DNA from: Candidatus Poseidoniaceae archaeon
GTDB taxonomy: Archaea; Thermoplasmatota; Poseidoniia; Poseidoniales; Poseidoniaceae
Direction: 5' to 3'
NCBI GenBank assembly: GCA_030747785.1
Contig: JASLKC010000014.1
Coordinates: 35,873-99,872 of the forward strand
DNA: 64,000 nucleotides
Shown: piece after piece, positions 35,387 through 45,397 of the stretch
Numbering within the stretch: position 1 is the stretch's first letter
How the letters are laid out: each line of letters opens with the position of its first letter
The notes under the pieces: model-generated
Told to the model about the DNA's origin: nothing
The model's input: only the letters and a program-made list of their open reading frames with translations
Database searches by the model: none
Translations under genes and position numbers: made by a program

Positions 35387-36559
35387 ATGGACCTCGGTTC
35401 TTGGTTGGTAATTGCTCTTCTCGGAGGAGCATTTCTATTCGGGATTTGGTACATGTTAATCAGAGACGACGACCGTTCAAATTTGCGACGTACAATTGAT
35501 TCTGATCGGATAAGGTCACGAAACCGAGCCGATTTTTCAAAAGCACGAGATGAATTTGATCGCAAATTGGCAGAAATCAGCCGGCATTTAGATTCAAAGC
35601 GTGCTGCTAAGAAGGAATTGATGGCAAACGAAGAGGAACTTCGCCGTCATTCCGAAGAAGAGGCTGCAAGAATTGCAGCAGAAGAAGAGGCTGCTCGTAA
35701 GGAGGAATTAGAAGCCGAAGAAGCCCGTAAGGCTGCTGAATATGAGGCGCAGCGGGCTATAAAACTCGAAGAGGCACGAAGATTGGCCGAAGAGCGCGAA
35801 GCGGAACGTCAGGCTGAAGAGACTCGACTTGCTGAAGAGCGCGAAGCGAAACGCCAAGAGGAATTAGCTGAGGCTGAGGCTGATAGATTATTGGAAATCG
35901 AAGCTCTCAAGGCAGCAGAAGAACTTGCAGCAAAGGAAGCATCTGCTACTGCAATGAATGAATTGAAAGAGAGACTTGAACGTGAAGGTGCCAAGTCCTC
36001 CGATGTTCAGATTTCGTTGATTTGGAATAATTTCAACGACTTAGACCTTCACGTAGTATGTCCATCAGGTGAGCGAATACACGGCGGTAATAGAAATTCC
36101 AAATGCAATGGAGAGCTGGATGTTGATGCAAATGTTCGACCTGAAACTAAGAAACCAGTAGAGAATGTGGTTTGGCCAGAAGGAGTGGCGCCTGGCGGCA
36201 CTTACCGTGCATATGTTCACCATTACAAGAAACACAAAAAACGTCGTTCAAAGGACCCTACTAAATTCAAGGTCATTGTAAATTCAGGTGGAGAGGTAAA
36301 TGAATACAAAGGTGCACTTTCCTATGGCGACCCAATTATGTTGATTGCAGAATTCACTGTTGAAGAACCAGAAGTTCGATCCGCAGGTGCAATACAGCAA
36401 ATACTCCTCGCAGAAACTGAAGAAGAGGAAGAATTAGATTCTACTGAGGCGGTAATCGATGATGATGAATTACTGGAATTAGCAGGGGCTGCAGTTCAAG
36501 AAATAGAGGAATCCGACGATCCTTTGGCAGAATTGATGGATGACGAAGAAGACGATTAA
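35387..36559 (+). CDS. Membrane-anchored coiled-coil protein with YfaP/DUF2135-like domain and acidic tail
   Basis: N-terminal TM, long E/A/R-rich helix, QISLIW..NDLDLHV.CPSGE...LDVDAN...ENVVW. Confidence 0.7.
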   Translation: MDLGSWLVIALLGGAFLFGIWYMLIRDDDRSNLRRTIDSDRIRSRNRADFSKARDEFDRKLAEISRHLDSKRAAKKELMANEEELRRHSEEEAARIAAEEEAARKEELEAEEARKAAEYEAQRAIKLEEARRLAEEREAERQAEETRLAEEREAKRQEELAEAEADRLLEIEALKAAEELAAKEASATAMNELKERLEREGAKSSDVQISLIWNNFNDLDLHVVCPSGERIHGGNRNSKCNGELDVDANVRPETKKPVENVVWPEGVAPGGTYRAYVHHYKKHKKRRSKDPTKFKVIVNSGGEVNEYKGALSYGDPIMLIAEFTVEEPEVRSAGAIQQILLAETEEEEELDSTEAVIDDDELLELAGAAVQEIEESDDPLAELMDDEEDD

Positions 36560-37668
36560 GACAAAATTCTGTCTAACTCGCTGTTTTTGATAGCCTTCTT
36601 GATAGAGCGTGCAATCCTTCTTCCTGTAGACATGAAGGCTTCGTTGAGGTCGCTATATGGCGACCCTCCGATAAATGGATTCGATCCTGCTACAATTCGT
36701 GCACTAATCTCAAAGACTCTGAATTCGAGGCGGTCATTGACAATCGTCTCAAGACAAAATGGGCCAATCATCCCCCTTGATTCTTCTTCTAACTCAAATG
36801 AAGCAGCAACTGTTCCTTCAGCCAATTCAAACGCTTTGGGCAATAGACTTTCTCTGATTACTACAGACATGTTTCCTGTAACAACGAAAGAGGGCTCAAG
36901 GTTCATCTCACGCAGGTCTCTTAGGCTACCGAGTTTGTAGAATTCATCGACATTTGATTCATCTCGACGATCCATACTCATGAGTTCGAGCCTTCCCAAA
37001 TTCTTGCCAGCATGGCTACCTTTACCTTGAACTTGGAAACCATCAGTTGCAGTGGGGTCAAAGAAGAAGTGCATGTAATAGCGACACCCAAGGACATATT
37101 CCTGAATTGTGAAATCCTCATCAAGGTTGACATTTCGTTTGAAATCACGATAATCACGAGCGATGAAGTATCCTTCGCCACCTTTTGCACCTGCATATTT
37201 CACAATAACAGGGCCGTCGATATCGTGAGGGTCATCAATCACTTTTGGTAATTCACAGCCACCGCTCTCAAGCCATTGGCGTTGACGCTCTCTACTGCTT
37301 TCCCAGTGTAGAATACCTCTATTTCCAAAGGTAGGAACCTCGAGTTTACGATAATTGTCACTACCGAGATATTCTACTAGAGACCCGTGTGGAATAATGA
37401 CAACATTGCGCTCACGTAGCCACTTTGCCTTACTGAGAAGTTCACTATAATTATCTAGCATTAACCACTCATCGGGTTCGGCACCAGGGAATGCAGAGTA
37501 GAACTTCCTACGGTTTTCACCAACGGCAATTCCTAGAGTTTTGAAGCCCTCCATTCGCGCTCCATGAAGGATTTGAAGGGATGAATGAGATGCAACGACA
37601 CCGATTGTGACATCATCAGAATCGTAGGATTTGAGCCAAGCCATCAGCTGTTCGTTGTCTACGCCCAT
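36556..37668 (-). CDS. purP: 5-formaminoimidazole-4-carboxamide ribonucleotide synthetase (ATP-grasp)
   Basis: ASHSSLQILHGA..EGF, IPHGS, FGNR, GAKGGEGYF, VVIRESLL, GPFCLE, FEISARIVAGSN, STGRRIA. Confidence 0.93.
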   Translation of the reverse strand: MGVDNEQLMAWLKSYDSDDVTIGVVASHSSLQILHGARMEGFKTLGIAVGENRRKFYSAFPGAEPDEWLMLDNYSELLSKAKWLRERNVVIIPHGSLVEYLGSDNYRKLEVPTFGNRGILHWESSRERQRQWLESGGCELPKVIDDPHDIDGPVIVKYAGAKGGEGYFIARDYRDFKRNVNLDEDFTIQEYVLGCRYYMHFFFDPTATDGFQVQGKGSHAGKNLGRLELMSMDRRDESNVDEFYKLGSLRDLREMNLEPSFVVTGNMSVVIRESLLPKAFELAEGTVAASFELEEESRGMIGPFCLETIVNDRLEFRVFEISARIVAGSNPFIGGSPYSDLNEAFMSTGRRIARSIKKAIKNSELDRILS

Positions 37669-37806
37669 ATCGCCCGGTTCTATATTCGACTAATGACTAT
37701 TGCGCTTGAGCAATTATTGAAAGTCTGAAAGATGAATCAACAATTCATGTCGCAACAACATTTTTTCCTCCGTCAAGACTTCAAGTGTCGGCTATATGGG
37801 ACAAAC

Positions 37807-38889
37807 ATGGGCAAAGCCGAATCAAGTAGCCGCATGACATATGGAAACTATCTCCAACTCGATACTTTGCTTACATTACAGGATGGGCCAGAAGGGCACT
37901 CTCCTCCTCCCTGCAATGATGAAATGCATTTCATTGTCATCCATCAGGTATTCGAATTGTGGTTCAAACTCCTTAATCGAGAATTAGAAGAATCATTGAA
38001 TTTGATGGAAGTAGAAGAGGTTTCTGAAGAGAGCATTCCACAAGTAGTACATCATTTGGAACGCTGTGCTGAGACATTTAGGTTGATGGCACAACAGTGG
38101 AAAGTAATGGAGACTCTTACGCCACAAGATTTCCTGGCATTCCGTGATAGATTAGGCACATCATCCGGCTTTGAGAGTTGGCAAATGCGCTCATTAGAGA
38201 TGCTAATGGGGCTAGATCCTGAGCAAAGAATTGGCGGAATGGATCCAATGGTTCACAACCGCAAGTTGCACCAAGAGGGAAAGTTGTCTGATGAGGTAAT
38301 GTCAGAACTCGATAGATTAGCAGCGCGACCCACTCTCAAGCAAGTATTGCGACAGTGGCTGGAGCGCACTCCTGTTGAGGGCGTTTCGGGAGATGCCGCT
38401 ATTCTCACAAACTTTGTTGAAGGCCATCTTTCAGCAATGGCTGAGCATAGTGAGGTAGTAATTGCTCACATGGTTGAAATTGGCCACGGTGAAGAGGCTG
38501 CAATACGCCCTAGAATGGAAGGCGGAATTGTATCAGCCAGAGAGTTTCTATTACCAGATGGTCAAGTAGATGCAGCACGTGCAGGCCTTCTTTTCATTGA
38601 ATCATATCGTGAGCTTCCTCTTTTGTCATGGCCAAGAAGGCTCATTGACACTGTTGTTGAATTAGAGGAATCAATGCTATTATTCCGTTTCCACCATGCT
38701 AGAATGGTTGAGAGAATGATTGGTAGAAGAATGGGCACTGGTGGTTCTAGTGGAGTCGATTATCTCGATATGACCCTGAAATACAGGGTATTTACTGATT
38801 TATGGGCAGTTCGAACTATGTTGGTGAAGAGAGAATCTCTTCCCGACCCTAAAAATTCAGAATTCTATGGCTATGCCGCAGATAATTGA
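37807..38889 (+). CDS. kynA: Tryptophan 2,3-dioxygenase
   Basis: TYGNYLQLD.LL, DEMHFIVIHQVFELWFK, FRDRLGTSSGFES, RFHHARMVERMIG..GTGGSSGVDYL. Confidence 0.93.
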   Translation: MGKAESSSRMTYGNYLQLDTLLTLQDGPEGHSPPPCNDEMHFIVIHQVFELWFKLLNRELEESLNLMEVEEVSEESIPQVVHHLERCAETFRLMAQQWKVMETLTPQDFLAFRDRLGTSSGFESWQMRSLEMLMGLDPEQRIGGMDPMVHNRKLHQEGKLSDEVMSELDRLAARPTLKQVLRQWLERTPVEGVSGDAAILTNFVEGHLSAMAEHSEVVIAHMVEIGHGEEAAIRPRMEGGIVSAREFLLPDGQVDAARAGLLFIESYRELPLLSWPRRLIDTVVELEESMLLFRFHHARMVERMIGRRMGTGGSSGVDYLDMTLKYRVFTDLWAVRTMLVKRESLPDPKNSEFYGYAADN

Positions 38890-38892
38890 GCC

Positions 38893-39156
38893 TCAAGCAT
38901 TGTGAGGGTCGGTGTCGATTGGGATGAGTTCGTGGTCGTACTCATACATTGCAATCTTTAGTGGGTCAAGAACGAAGCGAACACTTGCTTCTTCAAGTCC
39001 GTAAAGGGAGATTAGTTCTGCCTTGAAAGCTTCACGAAGGATATCTTCATTCACGTTCAGTGGTGCACCCATTCCAATTTGTAGGGCGCGTGCACCGATA
39101 ATGCGAGCTCGCTCAAAGCGAGTGTGTGGACGGATTGGCTTGACCATTTCAGACAC
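38893..39156 (-). CDS. rpoK: DNA-directed RNA polymerase subunit Rpo6/K
   Basis: [21 protein letters not shown]...DPLKIA..E. Confidence 0.95.
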   Translation of the reverse strand: MSEMVKPIRPHTRFERARIIGARALQIGMGAPLNVNEDILREAFKAELISLYGLEEASVRFVLDPLKIAMYEYDHELIPIDTDPHNA

Positions 39157-39225
39157 CTATGCACGATACGTGCGAATTGGGCGACCAACACCCTGTTCTT
39201 GAACCCTGCGCCACCCGTAGGGTGG

Positions 39226-40062
39226 TTATTCTTCTTCATTTGGCGGTTCTTGACGGATGGTTTTGATTAAATCCCATGTGGCAGGGAGTATCATCAGAAT
39301 AAGCAATCCAGTGATAATTAGGATGGTATCTATGTTGTTTTTTGGTAGAATTTTCTCTGTAAATTGTATTCCACCTTCAGGTTCCAAATCATGTGCAGGA
39401 TTTGAAGAAGCCGAAACCGTGGTAATCCGACCAGGCGTACTCAACATGATCACTAGGTAATCACCATCTAGAGATATGGAATTATTTCCCGCATCAATGA
39501 TTGAATAATTTGTTGCAAGATTAATCAATCCCGCTTGGTTTGCAACGGTCCAAACTTCTATAATTAGGGGCTCTGAAAGGCTACTATTGATAAATAATTC
39601 ACCGTTTTCTAAATTCGCTGAGGTTAGTCCCGACAGGTTTACTTCGCTATCAGATATCGCCATTTCTAATTCGAGAGATTGAGTTTTTCCAGCGAGTAGC
39701 CCCTCTCCATCGATAACCAAATCCGGATATCCCCAAAGTTGGTAAGTATCAGCAAATCTTTGATTTGATGCATTTAGCCAAAATAGATCAGATTTGGAAG
39801 GATGATGGGTCATCACGAATGTATTGTCAGATTCTCTTTGGTCGAGTTGTGTTTCTACTGCTTCGCAAGGCTCACACCAATCGGCGCCAAAATACTCGAC
39901 AAGATGAGCTGGACGCCAGCCGGCGCATGACGTATTTTCTTCTATGCACGTAAGGTCGATGATGAGGACATCGTGCAATATACCTTCATCTGCTACATTT
40001 GCACTCACGCTATGGCACAAAGGTGCTAGGAAGAGGAAACAAAGTAGGATTGCACCCCTCAT
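39226..40062 (-). CDS. Secreted, membrane-anchored thioredoxin-fold protein (CxxC)
   Basis: Signal peptide from ATG 40062, EYFGADWCEPC, GYP cis-Pro loop, C-terminal TM. Confidence 0.72.
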   Translation of the reverse strand: MRGAILLCFLFLAPLCHSVSANVADEGILHDVLIIDLTCIEENTSCAGWRPAHLVEYFGADWCEPCEAVETQLDQRESDNTFVMTHHPSKSDLFWLNASNQRFADTYQLWGYPDLVIDGEGLLAGKTQSLELEMAISDSEVNLSGLTSANLENGELFINSSLSEPLIIEVWTVANQAGLINLATNYSIIDAGNNSISLDGDYLVIMLSTPGRITTVSASSNPAHDLEPEGGIQFTEKILPKNNIDTILIITGLLILMILPATWDLIKTIRQEPPNEEE

Positions 40063-40083
40063 CAAACATGCGGAGCGCACCCG

Positions 40084-40094
40084 CTTTGTTAAAG
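40084..40094. promoter_or_regulatory. Bidirectional TATA-like element CTTTGTTAAAG
   Basis: Only AT-rich element in a 58-bp GC-rich divergent gap; about 26-32 nt upstream of both ATG 40062(-) and ATG 40121(+). Confidence 0.55.
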
Positions 40095-40120
40095 GGGGGC
40101 CTACGGCCCCCGCCGAATAG

Positions 40121-41173
40121 ATGGTAGCCCCTTGGTTCAAGCGACCTTCAACATTGCCACTTGTAATTGCAATCATGGCTTTGCTAATTATCATCGTTGG
40201 CGGGACAATTAGAGTTCTTGATGCCGGTGAATCTTGTCCGGATTGGCCCAAGTGTTTCGGAGGCTGGGGATTTGATGTTTCAGAGGACGAGCAATTGGCT
40301 TGGTATGAATCAAATCCAGATGAAGTAGATAGCCGAGGTATTGACCACAGTTACTCCACATTCGAGATATTCACAGAGTGGTTTCATCGCTTACTCGCAT
40401 CGGTGATGGCAATACCGGTGCTTGCGAATTTCCTGATTATTTGGTCGAGAAGAGAACGTTATGGCGATGGGTTGGTACGCACGTCATTTCTCACAGGCAT
40501 CTTACTAATTGTTCAGGGAATTGCAGGAATGGTTACCGTCAAACAAGATAATGCAGACTGGTCGGTAGCATTGCACCTCATACTAGCCTTATTTTTTGTT
40601 TCTATACTCATTTGGCAATGGATCTTAATGCGGCGAATAGAAGGGAAAAAATGGCCAATGCATGAAGCTCCAGCAGGTTTTGTTGCAAAACAATTGAATC
40701 GTTTCATCACCCTGACTTGTACAATTCTCATATTGCTTGTCCTTGGAGCATGGGTTGCTGCGAATAAGGAATACAATGCAGGTTGTGCTGTTGGCTTCCC
40801 CAATGGATGGCCTCAATGCCATGGATATTGGTTACCTTCACTTGATGGTCCCGGAATTATGGTACAGATGTTCCATCGTATTGGTGCTGGAATAGTTGGA
40901 ATTGCATTAATCGTTGGAAGTATGCGTATCCGCGAGAGTGCATTGGAATTTGGAGCTCATAAGGGATTCAGCAGATGTATCGATCTAGCGACAGGATTTT
41001 GGCTCCTGAATGTATTTGTTGGCGGTCTATACATCATTCTTGCAAAGACCGAGTTTCCTGAATTTCTTTCACTCATTCACTTAATTGTAGGTGTAACATC
41101 ATTTCTGACTGCAATGTTTGGGACACTGATGCTGATGAGTGCAGATCTGGTTGGTGATGATGATGAAGAATGA
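40121..41173 (+). CDS. ctaA: Heme A synthase (COX15/CtaA)
   Basis: GGTIR...CPDWPKC, EWFHR, LHL, second Cys pair C...WPQC, FHR, IHL. Confidence 0.9.
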   Translation: MVAPWFKRPSTLPLVIAIMALLIIIVGGTIRVLDAGESCPDWPKCFGGWGFDVSEDEQLAWYESNPDEVDSRGIDHSYSTFEIFTEWFHRLLASVMAIPVLANFLIIWSRRERYGDGLVRTSFLTGILLIVQGIAGMVTVKQDNADWSVALHLILALFFVSILIWQWILMRRIEGKKWPMHEAPAGFVAKQLNRFITLTCTILILLVLGAWVAANKEYNAGCAVGFPNGWPQCHGYWLPSLDGPGIMVQMFHRIGAGIVGIALIVGSMRIRESALEFGAHKGFSRCIDLATGFWLLNVFVGGLYIILAKTEFPEFLSLIHLIVGVTSFLTAMFGTLMLMSADLVGDDDEE

Positions 41174-42161
41174 CGACCACCCCGGTATGGTAAGAGTTCT
41201 AATGCAATTGATGAAATTGCGAGTAGTAGTACTCCTTCAGGTGACAGCAATTTGCGCAATCCTTGCCCACGACCTCCTTGTTCGATACGAGTCTATTCCC
41301 GGAGATAGGACATGGATGGATACCTTGTATACATCTTTCATCACCTTAGTAGGAGGTACTTTGGCTGCAGGAGGTTCAAATGCAATCAACATGGTCTATG
41401 ATAGAGACATCGACCCTGGGATGTCGAGAACTCGTACTAGACCAATACCAAAGGGATGGATCAGTCCAAATGCGGCTCTATTCTTTGGAATAGTAATCGC
41501 ATTAATCGGTAGTGGCTTATTCTTATTATTACACTGGAAGGCAGCATTTTGGTCACTTTTTTCTGTAGTATTCTATGTATTTGTATACACGATTTGGCTC
41601 AAACGGAGAACCCCTCAAAATATTGTAATTGGAGGAGCAGCAGGCGCAACCCCTCCAGTTATTGGATGGGCAGGAGCCGCTGCAGCCTCCTTGCCAAATA
41701 ATCTCAATCCATTTGATCTTGGTTCACCTGCGCCATGGATGCTATTCTTACTGGTATTCCTTTGGACTCCACCACATTTCTGGGCTTTAGCACTATATCG
41801 TAGTGGAGAATATGGCAAAGTTGGAGTTCCTATGATGCCTGATGTCAAAGGACCACATCACACATTAAAACAATCTAAGTTCTATTGCATTCTTCTTTTT
41901 GGTCTAGGTGCGGTTCCTTGTTTTTGGCCAGGTTCAGGTTTACCACTCATTTGGGCATTTGTCGCTGGTAGCCTAACCCTCTGGTATTCGATTTCAGTTT
42001 GGAAAATCGATCCTGATGAACCATTTGATGAAAATGGCCGTATGCCAAAGGCATTTACCTCTTTTATGAGAAGTTTAGCGTATCTAGGATTGATGTTCAT
42101 CACGTTTGTTTTGGTTGTAGCTATACCTCCAACTTGGTTAGGGCCACTTGGAATTTTGTGA
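41157..42161 (+). CDS. ctaB: Protoheme IX farnesyltransferase (heme O synthase)
   Basis: NMVYDRDID..MSRTRTRP, YTIWLKRRTPQNIVIGGAAG, LWTPPHFWAL. Confidence 0.95.
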   Translation: MMMKNDDHPGMVRVLMQLMKLRVVVLLQVTAICAILAHDLLVRYESIPGDRTWMDTLYTSFITLVGGTLAAGGSNAINMVYDRDIDPGMSRTRTRPIPKGWISPNAALFFGIVIALIGSGLFLLLHWKAAFWSLFSVVFYVFVYTIWLKRRTPQNIVIGGAAGATPPVIGWAGAAAASLPNNLNPFDLGSPAPWMLFLLVFLWTPPHFWALALYRSGEYGKVGVPMMPDVKGPHHTLKQSKFYCILLFGLGAVPCFWPGSGLPLIWAFVAGSLTLWYSISVWKIDPDEPFDENGRMPKAFTSFMRSLAYLGLMFITFVLVVAIPPTWLGPLGIL

Positions 42162-42188
42162 AATGCTAAACAACTGAAGTGGCAAAAG

Positions 42189-42271
42189 CGCGACGAGAGG
42201 GATTCGAACCCTCGTGGGCAGACCCATCGGATTAGCAATCCGACGCAATGGCCAGGCTATGCGATCGTCGC
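42189..42271 (-). tRNA. tRNA-Ser(GCU), long variable arm, CCA not encoded
   Basis: Reverse complement folds as acceptor GCGACGA/UCGUCGC, anticodon arm UCGGA-UUGCUAA-UCCGA, variable arm UGGG-UCUG-CCCA, T-arm GAGGGUUCGAAUCCCUC, discriminator G. Confidence 0.96.
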
Positions 42272-42322
42272 AGGCGTCTCGCCCACCTGACCTCTTGAGA
42301 TAAAGCAGACGGTTCAACCAAT

Positions 42323-45271
42323 TCAGAAGAACTCGTCGAACTCGTTATCATCATATGTCTTCGGGGCATTTGCAATGCGACGAGAGATTACTTTGGCCAG
42401 TCGCTTTCTCTTCTTGAGTAATAACGGCAATCCAATGAAGTTGATCATGATTATAGCTAGCATTATCGCTCCAGTAATTTGGAATAATTGGTCCTCCATT
42501 GACTCCTCAAGATCTCCAAACCATTGTACTCCCAAAGGTGGTTCTTCTGGGGCAGGTGGTTCAGGTACTCTCCATTCATTGTAGGTCCAGTGTTCATCAT
42601 CAACATGAACACGTTCGATATTTACAGAGGGAATATCCACTAGGGTTTCTTCGTTGCCTACCCAATCTAAGGGGGTGAGGATGTAGTAATATGTGCGGTA
42701 TGGCCTGATTCCATCGTAGTCTGTACCATTATCCCAGAACTCACCGGACTCTCCTGGTACATTGATTAGGCCAGTTGCAATTGGTTCGACAAATCTCAAA
42801 TCCATGTCATTTGGTATTGCATCCAAACGATACAAATTCCAAGTAATATCGCCTTCTGGTTCATGTTCAGGCCAGGTCCATGTCAATTTCATTTCATAGC
42901 AACTAAACCAATCTAGTTGTTTGTCAAAACAACTGGTTTCATTATTGTAAGAAACTGTGTGAGATAATCCAGAAACCTCTGATGTCGGGTTTATGGCATC
43001 ACCACATTTCAGACCAGGAATTTCATCAACAATTGTGACTTCTCCTTGAAGTGGCGCTGGTTCAGCTGCGCGGTTGGCTGGCATGATAGCATATGATACA
43101 CATTCACCAGTCTCTAGAGGAGTGGGGTCATCCCATGATGATATAGTAGACGAGACATATACTTGGAATGTATTTGCCATTAAACCATCCCAAACGAATT
43201 TACTGGTCGTAGTTTCAGGATTTGGGAAATATGATGAAGCACCAGGCACTCCTGAAAGTCGATAAATCTGCCATCCCCCGAAGTATGGATTAGAGAGGTC
43301 TCCAACTGGTTCCCATTCAAGGCGCATGAATCCATCTGGTAGGAGTTCGATTTCCGGTTGTCCCGGGGTGATATTTGCAGGAGGTAGTTCACCGACAATT
43401 AGCAAATCCATATTTTCGATTAGATGAACTCTTATCGTTTCATTATTGATTAATTCATAGGTGTTTTCACCACCCAATGGATCCCAATCAATTTGGTCTA
43501 GCCCATATAATTGGCGAATCTTTACTGAACTAAACGGTACATTGCTTGGTAGCATATTCGTGAGATTTAGGTCGAATTCCATATAATCCATGCCTAGAGA
43601 ATCTGAATCATCTGTTTTCTCTACGTCAATAGACATGATTAGAAGTGACTCTAAGCCCTCTCCAGGCCCATAATTGAACCCAGGTACTGGATAGTCGTAA
43701 ATAGCGGTCCCACTTGCATGACTTCGTGTTACTGCGTATCCAGAAAGCCAGTCTCCAGTGCTGATGTCAGAACTATTGAATACAGTTATTTGAATTGTGT
43801 CAGATTCCATTGAGCCAAGTGAATCAGTAACTCTAGTAGTGACGAAGTGGTCTCCAAGTCCGATGACTTCAGCTGAGATATTGATAGTTTTTCCAGTGCC
43901 GAGTGGGAAAATTCCACCTATCCACCATGAATAGTCTAGAGGTGCGGCTGCATTTAATGAAGTTCGAGCACTAAACTCAATGCTTTCTCCGGTGTTATAC
44001 TGTCCATAAAAATTGGACTGTTCAATAATAGGGGAGATCTCGCCTGCAATTACTTCTGTGGTTTCAGTGAGAATATTGTCACTAGGTTTAGCATCAGGAC
44101 CCTCTGACATCATTTCATTTACATATACTTTGAAGTGCTTATCTCCTATCTCTTGGACATCAAAGATACAGGTTTCACTATCGCTAGGTACTATGAATTC
44201 TGGGTAACAATCCTCTTCGGATTCAATAACATCAAAGAGATCCATTATTGTGAATCTAACTAGAGGTTCATGCACTGTCTTATTTCCAAGATTGGAGATA
44301 ACTACAGCAATGGAATCATTTCCATAATAATAAACCGATGAAGACGGTGCGAATCGTGGATACATTTCTGTGACTTGAAGGTCAACTGTATCATCAAATA
44401 TAATTTCAACGCTTCCGAGGTCATTGTATGAATTCATATCTCCAACTGGGTTCCCGCTTGAGGATAAAAGGCCGTAAATCATTGTATAGCGTCCTTCTTC
44501 AGAGTAGTTTAGAGCAGGTAGCGACCTTGTAAATGATGCTTCACCCCAACTGGGAAGGTCAGAGTATGGAATTGTTGAATTATGAACTTCGCTTCCAGTT
44601 TCATTGAGTAACTTCCAACCAATATTTGCAATGAGATTACAATCCCCACAAGAAGTGACAATTCCGCTTATAGTCATGTCATAATTGGTTCCAGTATTGA
44701 GAATGAGTTCACCTTCGTATTGGTTTAGGTCTTCCAGTTGGGAAATTGGATCTTGGTAATCTAGAACTACATCAACTAATTTTTGTGTTAGATAGAATGT
44801 TGTAATCAAGAGGTCATTTGAAGTAACGGTATCGTCTTCTTGGAATCTATAAATCAATGTATAGACTCCTTCATCCCCGTCGGGGCTGAAGCCATTGGCA
44901 GCCTGTATTTTTGTAGATTCACCTACAGCAATAGGCTCGACACTCATACTGCCTGAATCTTCATTTGCTGAAATACAAGCGTTCACATCCAATTCGCCTT
45001 CGCAGATGAACCAGTCGACAATTCTAGTTTCAACATTGAAGAAAAATCCGGAATTTGTAACATTCAATTCAAAGGTAATGGGATCCCAAGATGAAATGTA
45101 TTCCCCTTCTAGGGGCACAAGTGATTCTGTGAGTTCATAGTCACCACTCACCATTGCACTTGCTGTAGGGGCCATCAAAATGCCACTGAATGAAGAAATT
45201 ATCATTACGAAGATTAAGGCAATGCTCTTCCCTGCCAAACCAGTGCTTTCGACAGCAATCGCTCTGGACAT
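42323..45271 (-). CDS. Large acidic cell-surface protein (CARDB/PKD/FnIII-like repeats), C-terminal membrane anchor
   Basis: Signal peptide, ISNLGN...SDN, YSWW...RVTDSLG, W.IYR / WNLYR...YYYILTPLD..GNE, TM + KKRKR; start moved to ATG 45271. Confidence 0.75.
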   Translation of the reverse strand: MSRAIAVESTGLAGKSIALIFVMIISSFSGILMAPTASAMVSGDYELTESLVPLEGEYISSWDPITFELNVTNSGFFFNVETRIVDWFICEGELDVNACISANEDSGSMSVEPIAVGESTKIQAANGFSPDGDEGVYTLIYRFQEDDTVTSNDLLITTFYLTQKLVDVVLDYQDPISQLEDLNQYEGELILNTGTNYDMTISGIVTSCGDCNLIANIGWKLLNETGSEVHNSTIPYSDLPSWGEASFTRSLPALNYSEEGRYTMIYGLLSSSGNPVGDMNSYNDLGSVEIIFDDTVDLQVTEMYPRFAPSSSVYYYGNDSIAVVISNLGNKTVHEPLVRFTIMDLFDVIESEEDCYPEFIVPSDSETCIFDVQEIGDKHFKVYVNEMMSEGPDAKPSDNILTETTEVIAGEISPIIEQSNFYGQYNTGESIEFSARTSLNAAAPLDYSWWIGGIFPLGTGKTINISAEVIGLGDHFVTTRVTDSLGSMESDTIQITVFNSSDISTGDWLSGYAVTRSHASGTAIYDYPVPGFNYGPGEGLESLLIMSIDVEKTDDSDSLGMDYMEFDLNLTNMLPSNVPFSSVKIRQLYGLDQIDWDPLGGENTYELINNETIRVHLIENMDLLIVGELPPANITPGQPEIELLPDGFMRLEWEPVGDLSNPYFGGWQIYRLSGVPGASSYFPNPETTTSKFVWDGLMANTFQVYVSSTISSWDDPTPLETGECVSYAIMPANRAAEPAPLQGEVTIVDEIPGLKCGDAINPTSEVSGLSHTVSYNNETSCFDKQLDWFSCYEMKLTWTWPEHEPEGDITWNLYRLDAIPNDMDLRFVEPIATGLINVPGESGEFWDNGTDYDGIRPYRTYYYILTPLDWVGNEETLVDIPSVNIERVHVDDEHWTYNEWRVPEPPAPEEPPLGVQWFGDLEESMEDQLFQITGAIMLAIIMINFIGLPLLLKKRKRLAKVISRRIANAPKTYDDNEFDEFF

Positions 45272-45397
45272 CAGTCTTGCCTCGCACCGGCCCCTCAAAT
45301 ACCAATCGGTGCCACCTCCCTTCGGGAGTTGTATTCCCAACGAATACATATTCGACGGGCGACACCCTATTGACTCTCCAATGCTCCCCTTTGTTTC

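Noticed and set aside
40063..40251. Apparent 5' overlap of the thioredoxin-like ORF with ctaA
   Set aside because: Artefact of the longest-ORF start; the signal peptide begins at ATG 40062
42189..45271. Integrative element at tRNA-Ser
   Set aside because: No integrase and no duplicated tRNA 3' end seen; the tRNA 3' side abuts ctaB
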